From the NCBI GenBank assembly GCA_051294905.1, contig CM119372.1:38194001-38258000 (forward strand): a DNA stretch of 64,000 nt, read 5' to 3'. The first letter of the stretch is position 1. The number at the start of each line of letters is the position of its first letter. The notes beneath the pieces were generated by a model. The model saw nothing but the letters and a program-made list of their open reading frames with translations, ran no database searches and was not told where the DNA came from. The stretch is from Botryllus schlosseri. Taxonomy: Eukaryota. Shown piece after piece: positions 49,553 through 63,708 of the stretch. Position numbers and translations under genes: made by a program.

Positions 49553-51405
49553 ATGTAGGCTATGTATATTAACGAAACCTGGGATATGCTCAAACCATCT
49601 AATTGTGTCTGTATGCAATATCTGTGACTGAATTTACAATCATTGATGTTCGTTATAACGGTTGGCATTTCAATTGTTCAGCCAAATACTATATCATGTC
49701 GAATTATTTTGTTGCTATATTTAGCCTTCATTTTACGATGGAGACTGAAGCCATGAAGTGATTTCGATATGCCCAAATATCCGTATAAGTCTGATGGTGA
49801 ATCGAAAAGAATCCAGCGTTCGCGAAGGCAACAGTTCATAAAATTGGTTCAACCTGCAGCGACAATGTCCATGATCAGCCGATTACCACTTCGTTACTAA
49901 TAATATCTGGCTGACAGTACATGGCACGAATATGAGGGCAGTGGAATTACCGAGATATCAGAGACCACGCTATGGCGTGAATTTGGAAGAAATCATTCAC
50001 AATTTGGCTCTGAATGAAGCTAGCGTGCCACACAGTGAGTTGGCTGCTGATGGTAGCTTTGCGTTGCCTTGATCCTATTTTTCCGCCAAGGCACATACTT
50101 CTTTGATAAAGAAGATCGTGTTTGTGTTTCAATTCAAGAGCAGGAATAGTTGTATCAAATTTGTCCCGGAAAGAAGATCTCTCTGTATCTCGACTGAAAT
50201 CAATATGTTGTTTTTTGCCTTTTATATGACCGTCTGTCTGTATTTGACCGGTATTTTGAATTTATGCTCGAGATGGATTTTATTATAACTGACACGATAA
50301 TGGAAACATATTGTCAAATTGTGATGTCTTCCAACATAAAGTTAATTTATTCGCCAGAAAGCAACAATGATTCAGGTAGCGATGCAGTTATACTAGCGAT
50401 TGTAAGCTTCAGTAGCGAGCGGGTTAATGCACTGCAACAAAAGGGGTATAATGAGTCTGCAGCTGAATTGCGAAAATTGTTTTTTTTTTGAAGCATCATT
50501 TTAACATCGAATGCGCATGATACGCCGGGCGATCGCTTCCCATTTTATTGACTGGGTGGTAGACATGAATTTGTTCCAAACGCAAGTGGCGGTCTGATAT
50601 GCTGATAAGGTAGCAGGACAAGTGCTGCAAATTTCACGAGCAGTTTGGAAGTTCGTCGTTCCTAACGTCTATTGGCAGTATATATTACTTGTAGTCTGAA
50701 AATCGACCTATGCAAGCGAAAGTATTTCTAACTTTACATATTGTTTCAATATCATATGTCAATCTCTCCACACCCCATTGCCTCTATGTTAGATTCATAT
50801 CGCTGGAGAGCATTTGGTTAAATTCAACACAGCTTTCATGCAACAATGTAGTGTGTGGTTCTCAAGCGATGGTATTCGTGAAATCATTTAGTTCACTCAC
50901 AGTGAATGCATCTCTATTTAAGTAATATTATTATTACTGAAAATCCGAGCGGTGCTTATCGCCATTTATGGCCTTTTGGGCCACGGTTTTCGGGTAATTC
51001 AAATCTGGCGGTAGCTAAATGAACGTATTTCAACTTAATACGAACTCAGCAACGGTAAGTAAAATTATAGTTTTCACAACTCATCAATATGTTTTTTCTA
51101 TGTCAGAAATACTTTATGCGTCATTCGACTCAGTTACACCCCGCCTTGATCGGCTTGCGAAGAAGAAACAATTGTACCCACACATTAAATTTCGCCTTGA
51201 TGGTGTGTGTTAGCTCGTGGGATGCATTTGTCCTGAAATGTCGGGAATCAATAATTTGCTAGTCCGCTTATATTAACAATCCTATATACATTTGGGTTAG
51301 ATTTGAGTTTTGCGTTAATTTTTTGGTACACAGTAAAATCAAATAGAGCGTCAAGGTGGTACGCGGTACGAAAAAGGCTGACAACCACAGATGTAAAGTG
51401 TGAAC

Positions 51406-53372
51406 CAGTGGTTCTTAACCTTTTTTCCTCCAGCGCCCCTTTCCAAAATTATCGTGCTCTAGCGACCCCACCCCACCCCATATTGTAAGGACTGTAATAA
51501 AGACATTGGGTAAGAGGGAGTGTCGTAACAGCACTTCGCCAGTACCCCTAAAAAAACGATTGTCTTTGGCACCCATAGCGGTATAAACCAAACTTCTTGG
51601 AGCATCGCCCCAAAGAACCCCGTCGCGTGATTTCGATAGTCAGCAAAGTTTGTGAGGCCTGGTCGCCCTAGGCCCCAAAATTTTCTATAATACATCAATG
51701 GATAGGTGGTAATTGCATATATATGTCACTATAAACGTTTTATCTTCTCAGCCCACGTAATCACATTTACCAGTAGCGCTGACTTGGTTGTTGTCTTGGA
51801 AAATGAAGGCCAGGTGTTTAATAATTAAACATATTCGGGCGTGCCCGTTGGTACAAATTATTTCATTACATATTGTTATTTTGTTACCTCTTGTCCGCTA
51901 TATAGTCAAAAGATATTGAAACGTATTTAACTAGAGTAAGCAGACGGTTCAAAATTGGTATTTCTTCTCTAGCAAATAATTTTTCTCTGATAGATGTTAT
52001 TTGTCCTGTCGGGTGCAGATTGCGACGACATGATAATTCGGCAAGAGCGATTTAAGCACCTATGGACCATTAGACTTATGTACATCGACATTTACGGTCA
52101 ACGTAAGGGCAATCTTCTTCGGCTAAGATTTTCTCGCTGACGATCATTTTGGCACACTTCTCGGAGTCCCATATTAGCCGGAACTTCATATGTCTTCGTT
52201 CATCGTGGCGTGGTAATGTCCGACGCCGAAATGCCTATTTCTATTTTCTATAATTATGCGTATTTTTTTTGTCGTCAAAACATAATGTGTAATTTATGTT
52301 CATTCACCGAAATAATTTAGGGCATCCTTCGAGCTCACCCCCTCGATTGGTGGTGTGGGTTGCAGCAGTTTCGGTCCTGGTAAGAGGTCAAAGTCTTTTC
52401 GGGACGTTAGTATTGGAAATATTGCGCGCTTCCATCGCGCTCCAGGACCACTCGACTATAATAAACCACATAATAATTGTATGTGGTATATTCAGGATCA
52501 AACCAAGGTGGTTATAACAACAATCGGATATACAGTCCCATACCCTGTGGTTCGAACCAGATGTACACATCCAGAATTCAGATCTGCGATTAAAAATACG
52601 GGAGAAATTAACGGTATTGGATTTTGTTTTAGCGTTTTGTGTGATTAAGTAAGTAAACTGCGAATGGGATGCATATATCTGCTAACATTGAATTTAGTAC
52701 TGAGCCCAGTTAATAATTTTAACATGAATGTGTTCCAAACAAAGCAACTCATATTATATAACGTTCATGTGAGGTTGTGGACCACAACACTAGATAGTAT
52801 CATCCTTTATGATACGATGGAGAAAGACACTGACGACTTAATTTTGTAGCTCTCAAGTACAAGTATATTTAGTTATTCCTTTCGTGCACAAAGCATATTT
52901 ATGTACAAGGGGCTCTCACTCTCAAAAGTGATATACAGTGCCTCCTTCTTCGATTTCCACACGCTGTGCGGGATATAATACCTAGTTCGAAACACCTCGT
53001 TGAAAATAACCTTAGCAAGCGTGACGGTAGTGTTTTAACTGGAAATTGGCTATCGAAAAGTACGCGCACTCTGTTTTACACGAATTATAACAACCCAGTA
53101 CATTTATGAAAACATTTGTAGCAAACGTCGCAGCGTAGCGCGACCAAAAATTTCAAGATTTGACATGTTTTGTGGAATGCATATTTGCTCTGAATACTCA
53201 TTAAGGATATGTCCTACTACTACATCATCTACTGCGAAGCCATTTTTCTTCAGCGCCCCCCATATCGCCCCCTGAGCCCAGCGCCCCCAATATCGCCCCT
53301 GATCGTTTCCGCCCCCTTCAGAATCGCCAGAGCCCCCTAAGAGGGCGCTGGAGGCAAGGTTAAGAACCACTG
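51406..53372. mobile_element. Non-autonomous hAT element
   Basis: TIR CAGTGGTTCTTAACC / GGTTAAGAACCACTG; TSD GTGTGAAC / GTGTAAAC (7/8). Confidence 0.85.
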
Positions 53373-56300
53373 GTGTAAACGATTACCGTCGTAATGAGAT
53401 TCAGACATTTGAGTCAATACAGTCCCACTTACGAAGCTCTGAGAACAGGAATTGGAGCAGTTGAAATCCCCGTACGGAGTGCTAGTACTCGCGCATGCGA
53501 TGTAATCGCCGTCGAGACACAGAACGATTAACCAGATTGTTGACCCCGCAAGTGCCTGACAAATATGATTGAATCGATAATTGTGGCGAGACAAATGGCG
53601 TAGGGATTATATGCTAATGACAGTAATCCATTACGCTCGAACATAGGTTTTGACTATCAAACTCCACTGCGCGTGTAGTGCCTTCAAAAATCAGAGACGA
53701 AACTAAGCTTGAATTAGCTAGCAAAGCAAGGATGAAGACGGACGGACGTATAAGATGAGGCTGAAGAGCAGAAAATAGGCGCATAACTGTATTGAGTCAT
53801 TTCTGGCGATAAGCACCACTATTGCTCTAAGAATATTGATAATACCAATTATTTGTGAATCCGACGATATTTTCTAATGAATACGAAACGCGAGGGCAAT
53901 CCTACGTTGGACGCATTTGAACAGAAGAACCTGATAACGTTTCAGACAACATCTTACCCATAGTAGATCCTTCCAAAAAATTTCGCAGCAATCACTGTTA
54001 CATCCAGCAAATCCGTGGTAAACATATAACTGATGTTTCTTATCTCCACCTAAAATATCAAACCGCGCCTTCAAATACACCCATTGAAAGTTGAAGCATT
54101 CGATTTCCAGACGTATCTCCATACTAGTACTTTTTCGAAAGTTAATGTTACTTGTTCCATTTTGAGATAGGTCAAGATAAGAGTAGTACTTCCTTCGATT
54201 GATTTTATCCTAGTCTTGATATTTTAACGTTCTGACATTAGGCCTATACATTTGCCAACAAAGCAAGCAGTCTATCTATTTCAGTCATATTTACGAATAC
54301 CACCCAAAAACTACCACTGTAACCAATTAATGAGAATGAAAATATTGTTTTAATTCAATTTTGTTTTCCTGTCACTTCCCCGAATACCACATCAGATAAG
54401 ATAGTAGCACGTTAAAGTAATAAAACAATACTTCATCGCTGCCGAATGGCCAATCGCGTAGTTCGCATACAAAGTAAAGTAGTCTACTACAACCTTCGGA
54501 TCACATCCCGCCATGATCACCCCAGTATTCAATTTTTTTTAATTAAAAAATGCAAAAGGAATCGACCTGGTGAACAAGGCCATTGCTGCCGAGCACCATA
54601 ATTCAATACAACAACAACAGCAACAACGACAACTTACGGGATTTTGCGCCATAGATGAAAAGAATGAACAATAAATACCATTTCCAAAGTGACTGTATAA
54701 AATATGGTACGAAACGTCAAAAAATATTATCGAACAAAGTAGTGGCAATAAGATACAATTGTACGCTGTATGACAGGGTGCAGTAACCTTTCGTTTTAAA
54801 GAAGTGGTTTTCAACCGCCTGTTCGCGGACCGGTATCGGTCCGTGGCAAGTTACCTGCCAACTCACCAAATATATGTTGGAGGTTTATCTAGGATCCTCC
54901 TCGCTATATAACCCGCGTAAACTTAGAAGTGAGCCGTTCTACAAGTCGGCATATCGGTCTGGTGTAAATGACCATTGTAGTCGACAAACACCATGAATAC
55001 CACAAACAACAACAACCTGCCGATCCCCCAAATATATGAAGATTTTTTTAGCTCAACTCTAAAATACGAGGAGCTGGGTGATTTCTTCATTAATTAGAAA
55101 AATAAAATGTCAAGTTACAAATTGATTAAGAAGTTTGAATAGTATAATTCTGCATGTTGTCGTTATAGAGAGTTCACGGTCTACTTTGAGCGTACATTAA
55201 AATGGTGCAAGTGTTATACGCAATTGTTTAATAGTAGTCCACAACTTGTTTCGGACATGTTATATGATAAAACCACACAGACGTTTAAACAAACTTCGTT
55301 TAATTCTAACAGTGCAAGTCAGCGATTTGGCACTGTCACAGAGGCCATAACAAACAAAGGATTCCGAGCAGTCACAATCAACCTTATGGTATTTCAAAGG
55401 GACAGTTGAGAATTTTAGGAAAATGTTTATTTGTGTGTCGATGTTAATTTTGTTCTTTAAAATAGTCCTTCTGTAGATTCGGAAAAGAATCAGATGTACA
55501 CGCATTCATTTTGTCACTCCTCCTCAGCATTTCTTCATTTAGTAATCATATTGTGACTCGCGATTTTGCTCATTCTCGTGATTTTAGGTTTTTAGCGTAT
55601 AGTTTTTTTCTCAAGATGAAATGCCAGCGACCTTCAAACTTTGAACGTACCAAAATCAGCTAAATTCGCTGACATCTGAAAAAATAGAGCCAATTTGCAA
55701 AACGAATGGATTTTCAGAGATTAAAGTCGCTGAAGTATTCTACAATGGTTGTCATTGCGTATATTAAATAGACACACACATGGCTATAATATATCTAAGG
55801 TTTATAAAATGAAATATTCAATAAAATAATAACATGACGAAAAAGTGGAATTCATTCTTAAATCTGGAAGTAAGAAATTCAGTTCATTCAACAATGTCCC
55901 CGGTCAATGAACGCACCACAAAGTAAATCTTTTATTGTCCCCAGTGAAAAAATTGTGTCATTTAATTCAGGGATCTTCTACCGTACTCCCCAAGGTGTAC
56001 CAAAATTATAAAAGGGTGTACCACTCAGATGGGGTGTAGCGGGGTGTACCAGATCCGCAATAAAAATGGACCAATGACTAGCTATCACAATAAATAGGCG
56101 AGTTTATGCTTCGGAACGTGTTGAGCAGGTGTGCAATATCGTACAATGTCCATTGTTCATAGCAGCCGTACGGAGCTCGTAAATTACATTTTTTGTGATG
56201 TCATAAGCAAGTGCTTCTCATTATTTAAACGTTGGTAATGGGAGTTATTAGTTGATGTTGGAGTAGAATAGGATGGAGTTGACATGTGGTCACTTGCGAT

Positions 56301-56762
56301 GTCTGTCTTTAAAGGTTCTTGAGGAAATCGCCGCGAGAGCTCAGAAATTCTGAATTGGTACTTCCTCCTAGATGCTTATAAATAACGCACCGTAAATAAT
56401 TGCAGGGCGTAGCCAGGGGGTCGAGTTTGAGGACCACTGTGCTAGACTACTGGATGGTGGTCCGGTAGCCTCGAGCCGTGATTAGTATTTAGCACTTTCA
56501 ATGCGTTGGAGCTTTGTTCATACGTATTTTCGCAGGCCATACATTGTAAAAAATGAACATGGATTTTATCATGGAAATGACATGACTCGCTCCGTCTCAT
56601 GTTGATTCCATGAAAATACCGACATGGTTTTAAAATCTCATGTTCACATGACAAAAACTTCCATGTTGAGACATGATAAGGCATCCATGTCTATGGTTAT
56701 CAAGGGAGAGTATCACGTTGAGCTTCGATGATATCATCATAATTATCATCATCGTCGTCACT

Positions 56763-57077
56763 GAGAGAGAGGGAGAGAGAGAGAGACAGAGAGGAGGGAG
56801 AGAGAGAGAGGAGGGAGAGATAGAGAATAGAGCAGAAAGAAGAGAGGGGGGGGAGAAAGATGGGAAAGAGAGCATAGAGAACGGAGAGGGAGAGAGAGGG
56901 AAGAGGGGGAGGGGAGGAGAGAGATAGGGGAGAGAGAGAGGGGGAGAGATGGAGAATAGAGCAGAAAGAAGAGAGGGGGAGAAAGAAGGGAAAGGGAGCA
57001 TAGAGAAAGGGAAGCGAGAGAGAGAGGGGGAGGGAGAGGGGAGGAGAGAGATAGGGAAGAAAGAGAGGGGGAGAGAG
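56763..57077 (+). repeat. Purine-rich (GA) low-complexity tract with internal duplication
   Basis: Almost pure A/G; GAGAATAGAGCAGAAAGAAGAGAGGGGG occurs twice. Confidence 0.95.
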
Positions 57078-59557
57078 TTATCAGACTTATTCTCGTTTGC
57101 ACCATTGAGATGGTTTGACAATTGAGATGCGATAACCATGCTATCCCTGAATGCTGAACGTTGAGCCGGATAGCCACGGATACCAGATTTTTAGTGTTTG
57201 GTCTGACATGGCCGGGAATTGATCATACGACCAACCGATCAAGAAGCAGGACGCTTTACCATTTCACTATATCGCTATTACAGCTGAGTGACAAGTAAAC
57301 ATCGTTACATCCTCCCAGGATATATTGCAATACACAAACAAAGTGATTCGAAAATAGCTACATCATCGCACGCAAACATAGCCGTTCGGTTACGGAGCCA
57401 TAATGACTCCGGATTATCTGGTTACAAGACCAGTCATGCGTAAACTGTAGCGTTCAATTCAAAAGGATTGGGAAAAAGAGGAATTTGGTAGAGTTGGTCA
57501 TTTCATGGGTTGTCTTTGTCAAAGTTGCAAAGTTTATGGCTTGTTGCTGTATTAACCGTGGATTGGATGGTAAGTATTGATGTATTTATTATGCCTGCCT
57601 TCGTTGTAATATATCCGCCGAATCTATAATGCGTCACTGGGTATAGGCGAACCGGAAGCAACTTAGCGGTATTCAGTCAGATACCGGTATATAGCGAGAA
57701 CTGCCTAACGGCTGCAAATAGTGATCAAAGTTTACTGCGTATCCATTTGTATGTAGTTGTAGATCATGTGGGAGTTGGTAATGCGTTAGTAGTTCTAGAC
57801 GTTACACAAGTTCCCTTGCTTTAATTTTGTACCGTACTGGGCAATGTTAAATTGAAGTATTTATCCAACTGGAGGAATAGTAATCCTGAGGTGATTGAAA
57901 AAACTTCAGTTTTAAAAAATATGGGATATCATGCTATACTCGAGCCTTTGATTCAAGATTTGAAAACCCTAGAAACATAGGGAACTGATGTAAATTTGTA
58001 TTTTTACAGATATACATACTGCAGTTGTATGTAATATTACTCCTGTGATATTTGTGACATTGAAAATGAGCCTGCTGGAGATCATGAACGAGTGATTACA
58101 GTGGATCACAGATCTGAGATAGCTGAAACTCTGAGAACTGTATTTCGGAGTAATATCGGGGACAGTATATTCAACTTCTATATTACGACGAGGCATTTGC
58201 CTCGTATGATCTCTCGGCAATTCAAGATAAAGGAGTAATATGACTAATCTTGACAGAAGATGAAAGTAAGTAAATATTACCACAAATAAATTGGTAGGCT
58301 ACTATACTAGGATTACACTCATAACGCATATTGGAAGAGTTGTTTCGGGGTTCCGAAGGACACTGATTCCAAATATGACCTTGGTTTTATCAAATTGTCT
58401 CTGGTTTTGGTGATATCCCATGGGGTTATTTTGACTAACGTCACATTTCACTGTATGGTCCCGATAAAAAAACGGCTATGAAAGTAAATCTACTTGTTAT
58501 ACTGAACACTGTATTAAATCAAAATGCAGTAAAATGATTATATATAGGGTAATTGGATTTATCATAATTGGAGTTTTTTATAGATAATTTCTTGAGAGAC
58601 CACATCATGTTTAGAGTGGTGCCCCTTTAATTTCAACCTTGCAATCGATTTCTTACAAGCACGTTCATTTTTTTGTGCTGAAGAGATATTTCCATGGCTA
58701 AGCCAAGTATTATCGTGACTCTTCTATACTTGTGCAGAGAAAGCTGTTTGCAAAGTCAACACATCTACCCTTCCGAAGACGAACTTAGCGTCGACAAGCA
58801 CCAAAAGAAAATAAGTCAGAGTGGAAATAGAGGGTGCCAGATGAAGAGATGCTGCAAGATAGAATTAGAAGAACTTTTAAATCACGCCACCACAGTGTCG
58901 TAAACGGAACATCAGCAAGAATACTGATGGAGATTGAAGATATACCCAGTTTTGACCCATGCTCCCTTGGTAGGTACAGCCTAACGCAGTGGTTTCAAAC
59001 ACAACATTGCCATGATCGAGTCAACCTGCGACTTTGCAACAAACTCACAAAGAGTTCGTTTTTCAGAATGCTATGATAGTACAAAACAAACTACATATAT
59101 ATATTGCTGAAATAATTTACGATAGTTGTGACATCCCAGCAAACACGAAACAGCCCATTGAGGTTAAAAAAACGTATCTACAATGCTTAGGAACGTACAA
59201 TCGATGGTCAGAAAAACATCCTGAGATACTAACATCCCTGTATTCCCATATTTAGGCATACCTGAGGGTGGCTGCGGACACATACACGTATCACAGTACA
59301 CATTGCCTTTGATGAACTTATAATTCATACAGAAAACAGTGTCAACGAAAGTCAAAGAAAATAATTTAGAACGAAACGATGTCAAAGAAACGAATGAAAA
59401 AATAATCAAGCCAACTGATTATGTGTCTTCTTCATCTTCTGATGACGAGGATAAGACGCTGCTTTCTGCCTTTTTCCCCATAGAACCCTACAGACAAACA
59501 ACAACATTGAATGTTAAAGACATGCTCGATCCTGTTTAGATAGCTCTTAGTACTACG

Positions 59558-60329
59558 CAGTGTTGGGATGACTCGAGTCACTTTGCAAAAATGACTTGAC
59601 TCGACTCGGCGCTCCAGATATGTGGATTGACTCGTGTTTCGGAGTAAAATTCACGAGTCAATTTCAAGTAATCAAGTAAACGGTGTCAATTAAATCACCC
59701 TATATCTTATGTACGTTCGGATTTTTTGCGATATGCCGGTATCACTTGTGAGAGCAAACAGCCATTCACTGATCGCACCTTTCACTGATCCTGTTGTTAC
59801 ATCATAATTTAATTGACCGCAAACGAAACGGTCACAGCTTATGCTTGCGTTGTCGTCGCCGTAGTAGTTTATTCTGTTAGCAAGGTATCTTTGTTTCTCA
59901 GACAGCACAGTGGTTAAATTGCGCGGTGCTATCTTTTACCAACTCTCTTGTATAATTTAAATCGAACGAATATAGTCTATGCGTCCCTATTCTCAAGGAA
60001 GGGTAGTATATTGTACCTTATCAATTTATTGCAACTTCTCGAGGCTTCGTATTCGATCCTCTATTTTGGCTGATAATAGAACGTAGCGTGTAGCTATAAA
60101 GTTACTCACATATGCTATTAGCAGTTCTACGTGTGAGTGATAAAACGCCTTTTGCATTTATATTTAACTTTATATTATTTGATTGAAGATAAATGACCGA
60201 TTAATCCGTCTTTTACCCAGCAAAATGGAATGACTTTGCATCTTAATCACTCATACTCCGAAAACCGATTGACTTGACTCGAGTCCAAATCTGCAACGAC
60301 TCGAAGGTAATGACGTGATCCCAACACTG
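59558..60329. mobile_element. hAT MITE
   Basis: TIR CAGTGTTGGGAT / ATCCCAACACTG; perfect TSD GTACTACG. Confidence 0.9.
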
Positions 60330-60545
60330 GTACTACGCATCTAAATCAGTAACAATAATGTCATGAAAAGTCAATGTGCAATGTGCATTTATGTCTTGAC
60401 CAAGCTAAGCGCAAAAATTCATCAAAGTTAATTAATTCGGCGAAAAGCAGTGCTGCTTGCATATATTGTGGTAGCCTCTATATAACGTTGGGATTATTTG
60501 GCAAGGACAGGAGTATTCAGCACCTGGACGTATAAACATCTACAC

Positions 60546-60863
60546 CAGTGGTTCCCCCCATGGGCGATATTGCCCCCCAGGGGGCGATTTGGTGGTCTAG
60601 GGGGGGCGAAAATAGCGAAGGGGGCGATGACGGTTAAAACGGCTATTTTGGAGTCAAGTCGGAGAAATGACCTTCAACCCACGAAAATTCAGTTGCAAAC
60701 GTGTAAAATTTGACATCGAGGCGAAAAGTTGACCCTTTTATTAGTCAACCCGCCGTTGATCACAGATTGTGTACCGATTTTTCGGTTCACAAAATCTGGG
60801 GGGCGATGATCGGCGTTGAGCTTGAAAAGGGGGTGATGAGTCGAAAAAGGTTGGGAACCACTG
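60546..60863. mobile_element. hAT MITE
   Basis: TIR CAGTGGTTCCC / GGGAACCACTG; perfect TSD ATCTACAC. Confidence 0.9.
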
Positions 60864-61506
60864 ATCTACACTTTCGGCTAAGGCGCTTCCAAGTAATGTC
60901 CCCTACCGCAAATGTGTGGTGCTCACACGGTCTCTGCGCACAAAAAATCCTGGCTTCGTTAGTACATCAGCAATGATATTTTAGTCATTGACATCCCAAA
61001 TTTCTCGCTCAAGCAAATGCAATTGTTGGTCGGCGAATTCACAATAAATTACATTGGTAATAATTTTTAGGAAATATAACTAATTTCAAGAATTTCGTGG
61101 GCCACTCAAAACCTTCTCGCGGGTCACGGGTGGGCTGGCCTGTTATATGGCGACAAAAGTGTTAACAGAATATAGATACATCGCTCTGCAATTGTGTGTG
61201 CATAATTGGTTGATTGGTGAGTGAAGTCATATCACCCATGACTGTTAGAAGACGATTTTTACGGTCATTATTGGATATATTAGCGACTACGAATGTAGGC
61301 ATTCTACACTGTACAGTCGGTTTATAGATAACTAGTTATCTGTAGTTTGCTCAGGTTTGCTAAATCAACCGTTTTTTTAATCCTGAGGAATGCGATGATT
61401 GACTTGGTAGATCACCTAACTTTACTATCTCTGCCCAAGGACTGGGTACACTGTGAATCCGGCACTAACCCAGGGCCGGAAAAATCTGGCTTGCGAGAAG
61501 GTTTTC

Positions 61507-62993
61507 AGTGGCCCGCGAGGCAGTTCTCGAAATTAGTTATAATATCAACAGCAAATAAATTACCCAGGTAATTTAGCGTTAACTTGCAAGACCAACCGAA
61601 AATTTGATTAGCCTCACCGCGGACTTATTACCATAAAGTAGAATATCTCGTAAGAGATTTATTTGTCTTGATGTTTTTTAGCGCTGCGCTCGATTTATTG
61701 CCAATCGATTTTTTGCTTTTAGTATTGGTGCCTCCTCCTGAAACGTCTAATTTACGGAATTGAAATTAGCTATATTGGCAATTATGCGAGAACATGTCGT
61801 CCGACATGCGACTTCGCGTCTGCACTCGCGAAAAGATCGTCGGCGATGAAACCTTTGCACAAAGTGATAGACGCGCTTTCACTGAACTCTTTGATATTGA
61901 TATGTCCAAGAGTTGATTAATCATGTCCAGGCCAAATGAGCCCAGCGGTTTACAGCGACGACCCACAATATATGCAACTAACATTATTTTATCGCCCGAA
62001 TTCTTTCATTAACTTTGAAAAAATTGAAAAAGGTTGGTCACCCCAGCACAAACCATAATAGACTTGCAATGTTCAATTACATAACATTCTGTTGAATAAC
62101 ATTACATCGTATCGCATTTGATTAATTGAACCATGACACTGAATTGGTTAATCGGTTGAATAATGATTGACAAGAATTTTTTGATACCGTGCATCAGGGG
62201 TGGCCAGCCTTTTCGGCAAAAGGGCCACATGAGATTTCCGAACCATAGCGCGGGCCACTTGAATGTTGATGTGCTTTTTTAGTCGTTCAATGGGAGCGAA
62301 CCGGATTATAGGTAACGGTCAAAAAGGACTCGTATTACCACACATCAAAATGGTTAACAATTATGTCATGAAAACATGTCGTATTCGCGCAAAGCGCGAA
62401 AATTTTATTGAAGTTAATGAAAGAATTACGTCAATAAAATAATGTGAGTTGCATATATTGTGGGTCGTCGCTGTAAACCGCTGGGCTCATTTGGCCTGGA
62501 CATGATTAATCAACGCTTGGACATATCAATATCGAAGAGTTCAGTGAAAGTGCGTCTATCACTTTGTGCAAAGGTTTCATCGCCAACGATCTTTTCGCGA
62601 GTGCAGACGCGAAGTCGTATGTCGGACGACACGTTCTCGCATAGTTGCCAATATAGCTAACATCAATTCCGTAAATAAGACGTTTCAGGAGGAGACACCA
62701 ATACTAAAAGCAAGAGATCGATAGGCAATAAATCGAGCGCAGCGCTAAAAAATATCAAGACAAATAAATCTCTTACGAGATCTTCTACTTTATGGTCATA
62801 TACAAAGATCTACGAAAATGGCTCCTGGCTACGCCAACACGTCGGAACTGATATTTTAGTCATCAACAGCTCAAAGTCCGAGGTGAGGCTAATCAAATTT
62901 TCGGTTGGTCTTGCAAGTTAACGATAAATTACCTGGGTAATTTATTTGTTGTTGATATTATAACTAATTTCGAGAATTGCCTCGCGGGCCACT
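61507..62993. repeat. Inverted pair of related MITE copies (~61507-62010 vs ~62410-62993)
   Basis: ORFs 61766-61984(-) and 62460-62660(+) translate almost identically. TIR-like ends at ~62047 and 62195. Confidence 0.85.
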
Positions 62994-63099
62994 CAAAGCA
63001 GGCGGGCATGCCGTATTTGAGTGAATACCAGTCAAGCCTAAGAACTGTAATATCTCTGAAGTCCATGGACCACGTCAAGTATACATATTGAAATCATAC

Positions 63100-63209
63100 C
63101 TTCCATTGACATCCGCCTTTCTGATGAGGGAAGTGGCGCAGCGCCTCCATGACAACATGAATGTAAGATTTTTCGGTCAGAGCCCCACCATGGATCCTTT
63201 TACAAGCTC
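63100..63209 (-). CDS. Downstream exon of a DUF4806-like protein
   Basis: TTTTTAAG acceptor, in phase with the upstream exon: (R)ACKRIHGGALTEKSYIHVVMEALRHFPHQKGGCQWK. It is followed by GTATGA, which is either a donor or Val-stop. Confidence 0.7.
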
Positions 63210-63283
63210 CTTAAAAAGCGATATCACAAACATTACTGATACTATTTACAAATCAATAAATATTAATATTTAGTGTAAATCCT

Positions 63284-63623
63284 CAGCGGTTCTCAAACTG
63301 AGAGGTGTGAAAGCATCACAGGGCAGGCACGATGCCCATAGAGATATTCGATGTTTCTTGGCCTTCAAATGAGTTTCCCTATGTCAGTCTCATGCCAATA
63401 TAACATAACATTCGCACACACGGCAGTCCTGCTGTAGACGCGATATAGTTCAGGCTGGTAACGTAGTGTAGCGAGAACACCCTGCATGCTGCCAAACAAT
63501 GTGTTGGGGTCGCTAATATTCTGGCTGCTCGTTTTAACATTTTTGATATGAGGATAAAGGGGGTGGTGGCGAAAATTTTAGCTATTGTCAAGGTAGCGTG
63601 GCAAAAAAGTTTGAGAACCACTG
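63284..63623. mobile_element. hAT MITE in an intron
   Basis: TIR CAGCGGTTCTCAAACT / AGTTTGAGAACCACTG. Confidence 0.75.
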
Positions 63624-63708
63624 AGCTAGCTCAACATTTACATGGGTTGTAAGGTAGGCTACTGAACACATATAGATAAGTTCGAAGGTCAACATAAATG
63701 TTGCTCAC

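Noticed and set aside
56630..57177. Ser/Leu/Pro- and Glu/Arg-rich ORFs
   Set aside because: Low-complexity GA tract translations.
58300..59540. Kolobok-like end (CCTTTAA near 58630) and coding-looking fragments
   Set aside because: No partner terminus or recognisable domain identified by eye.
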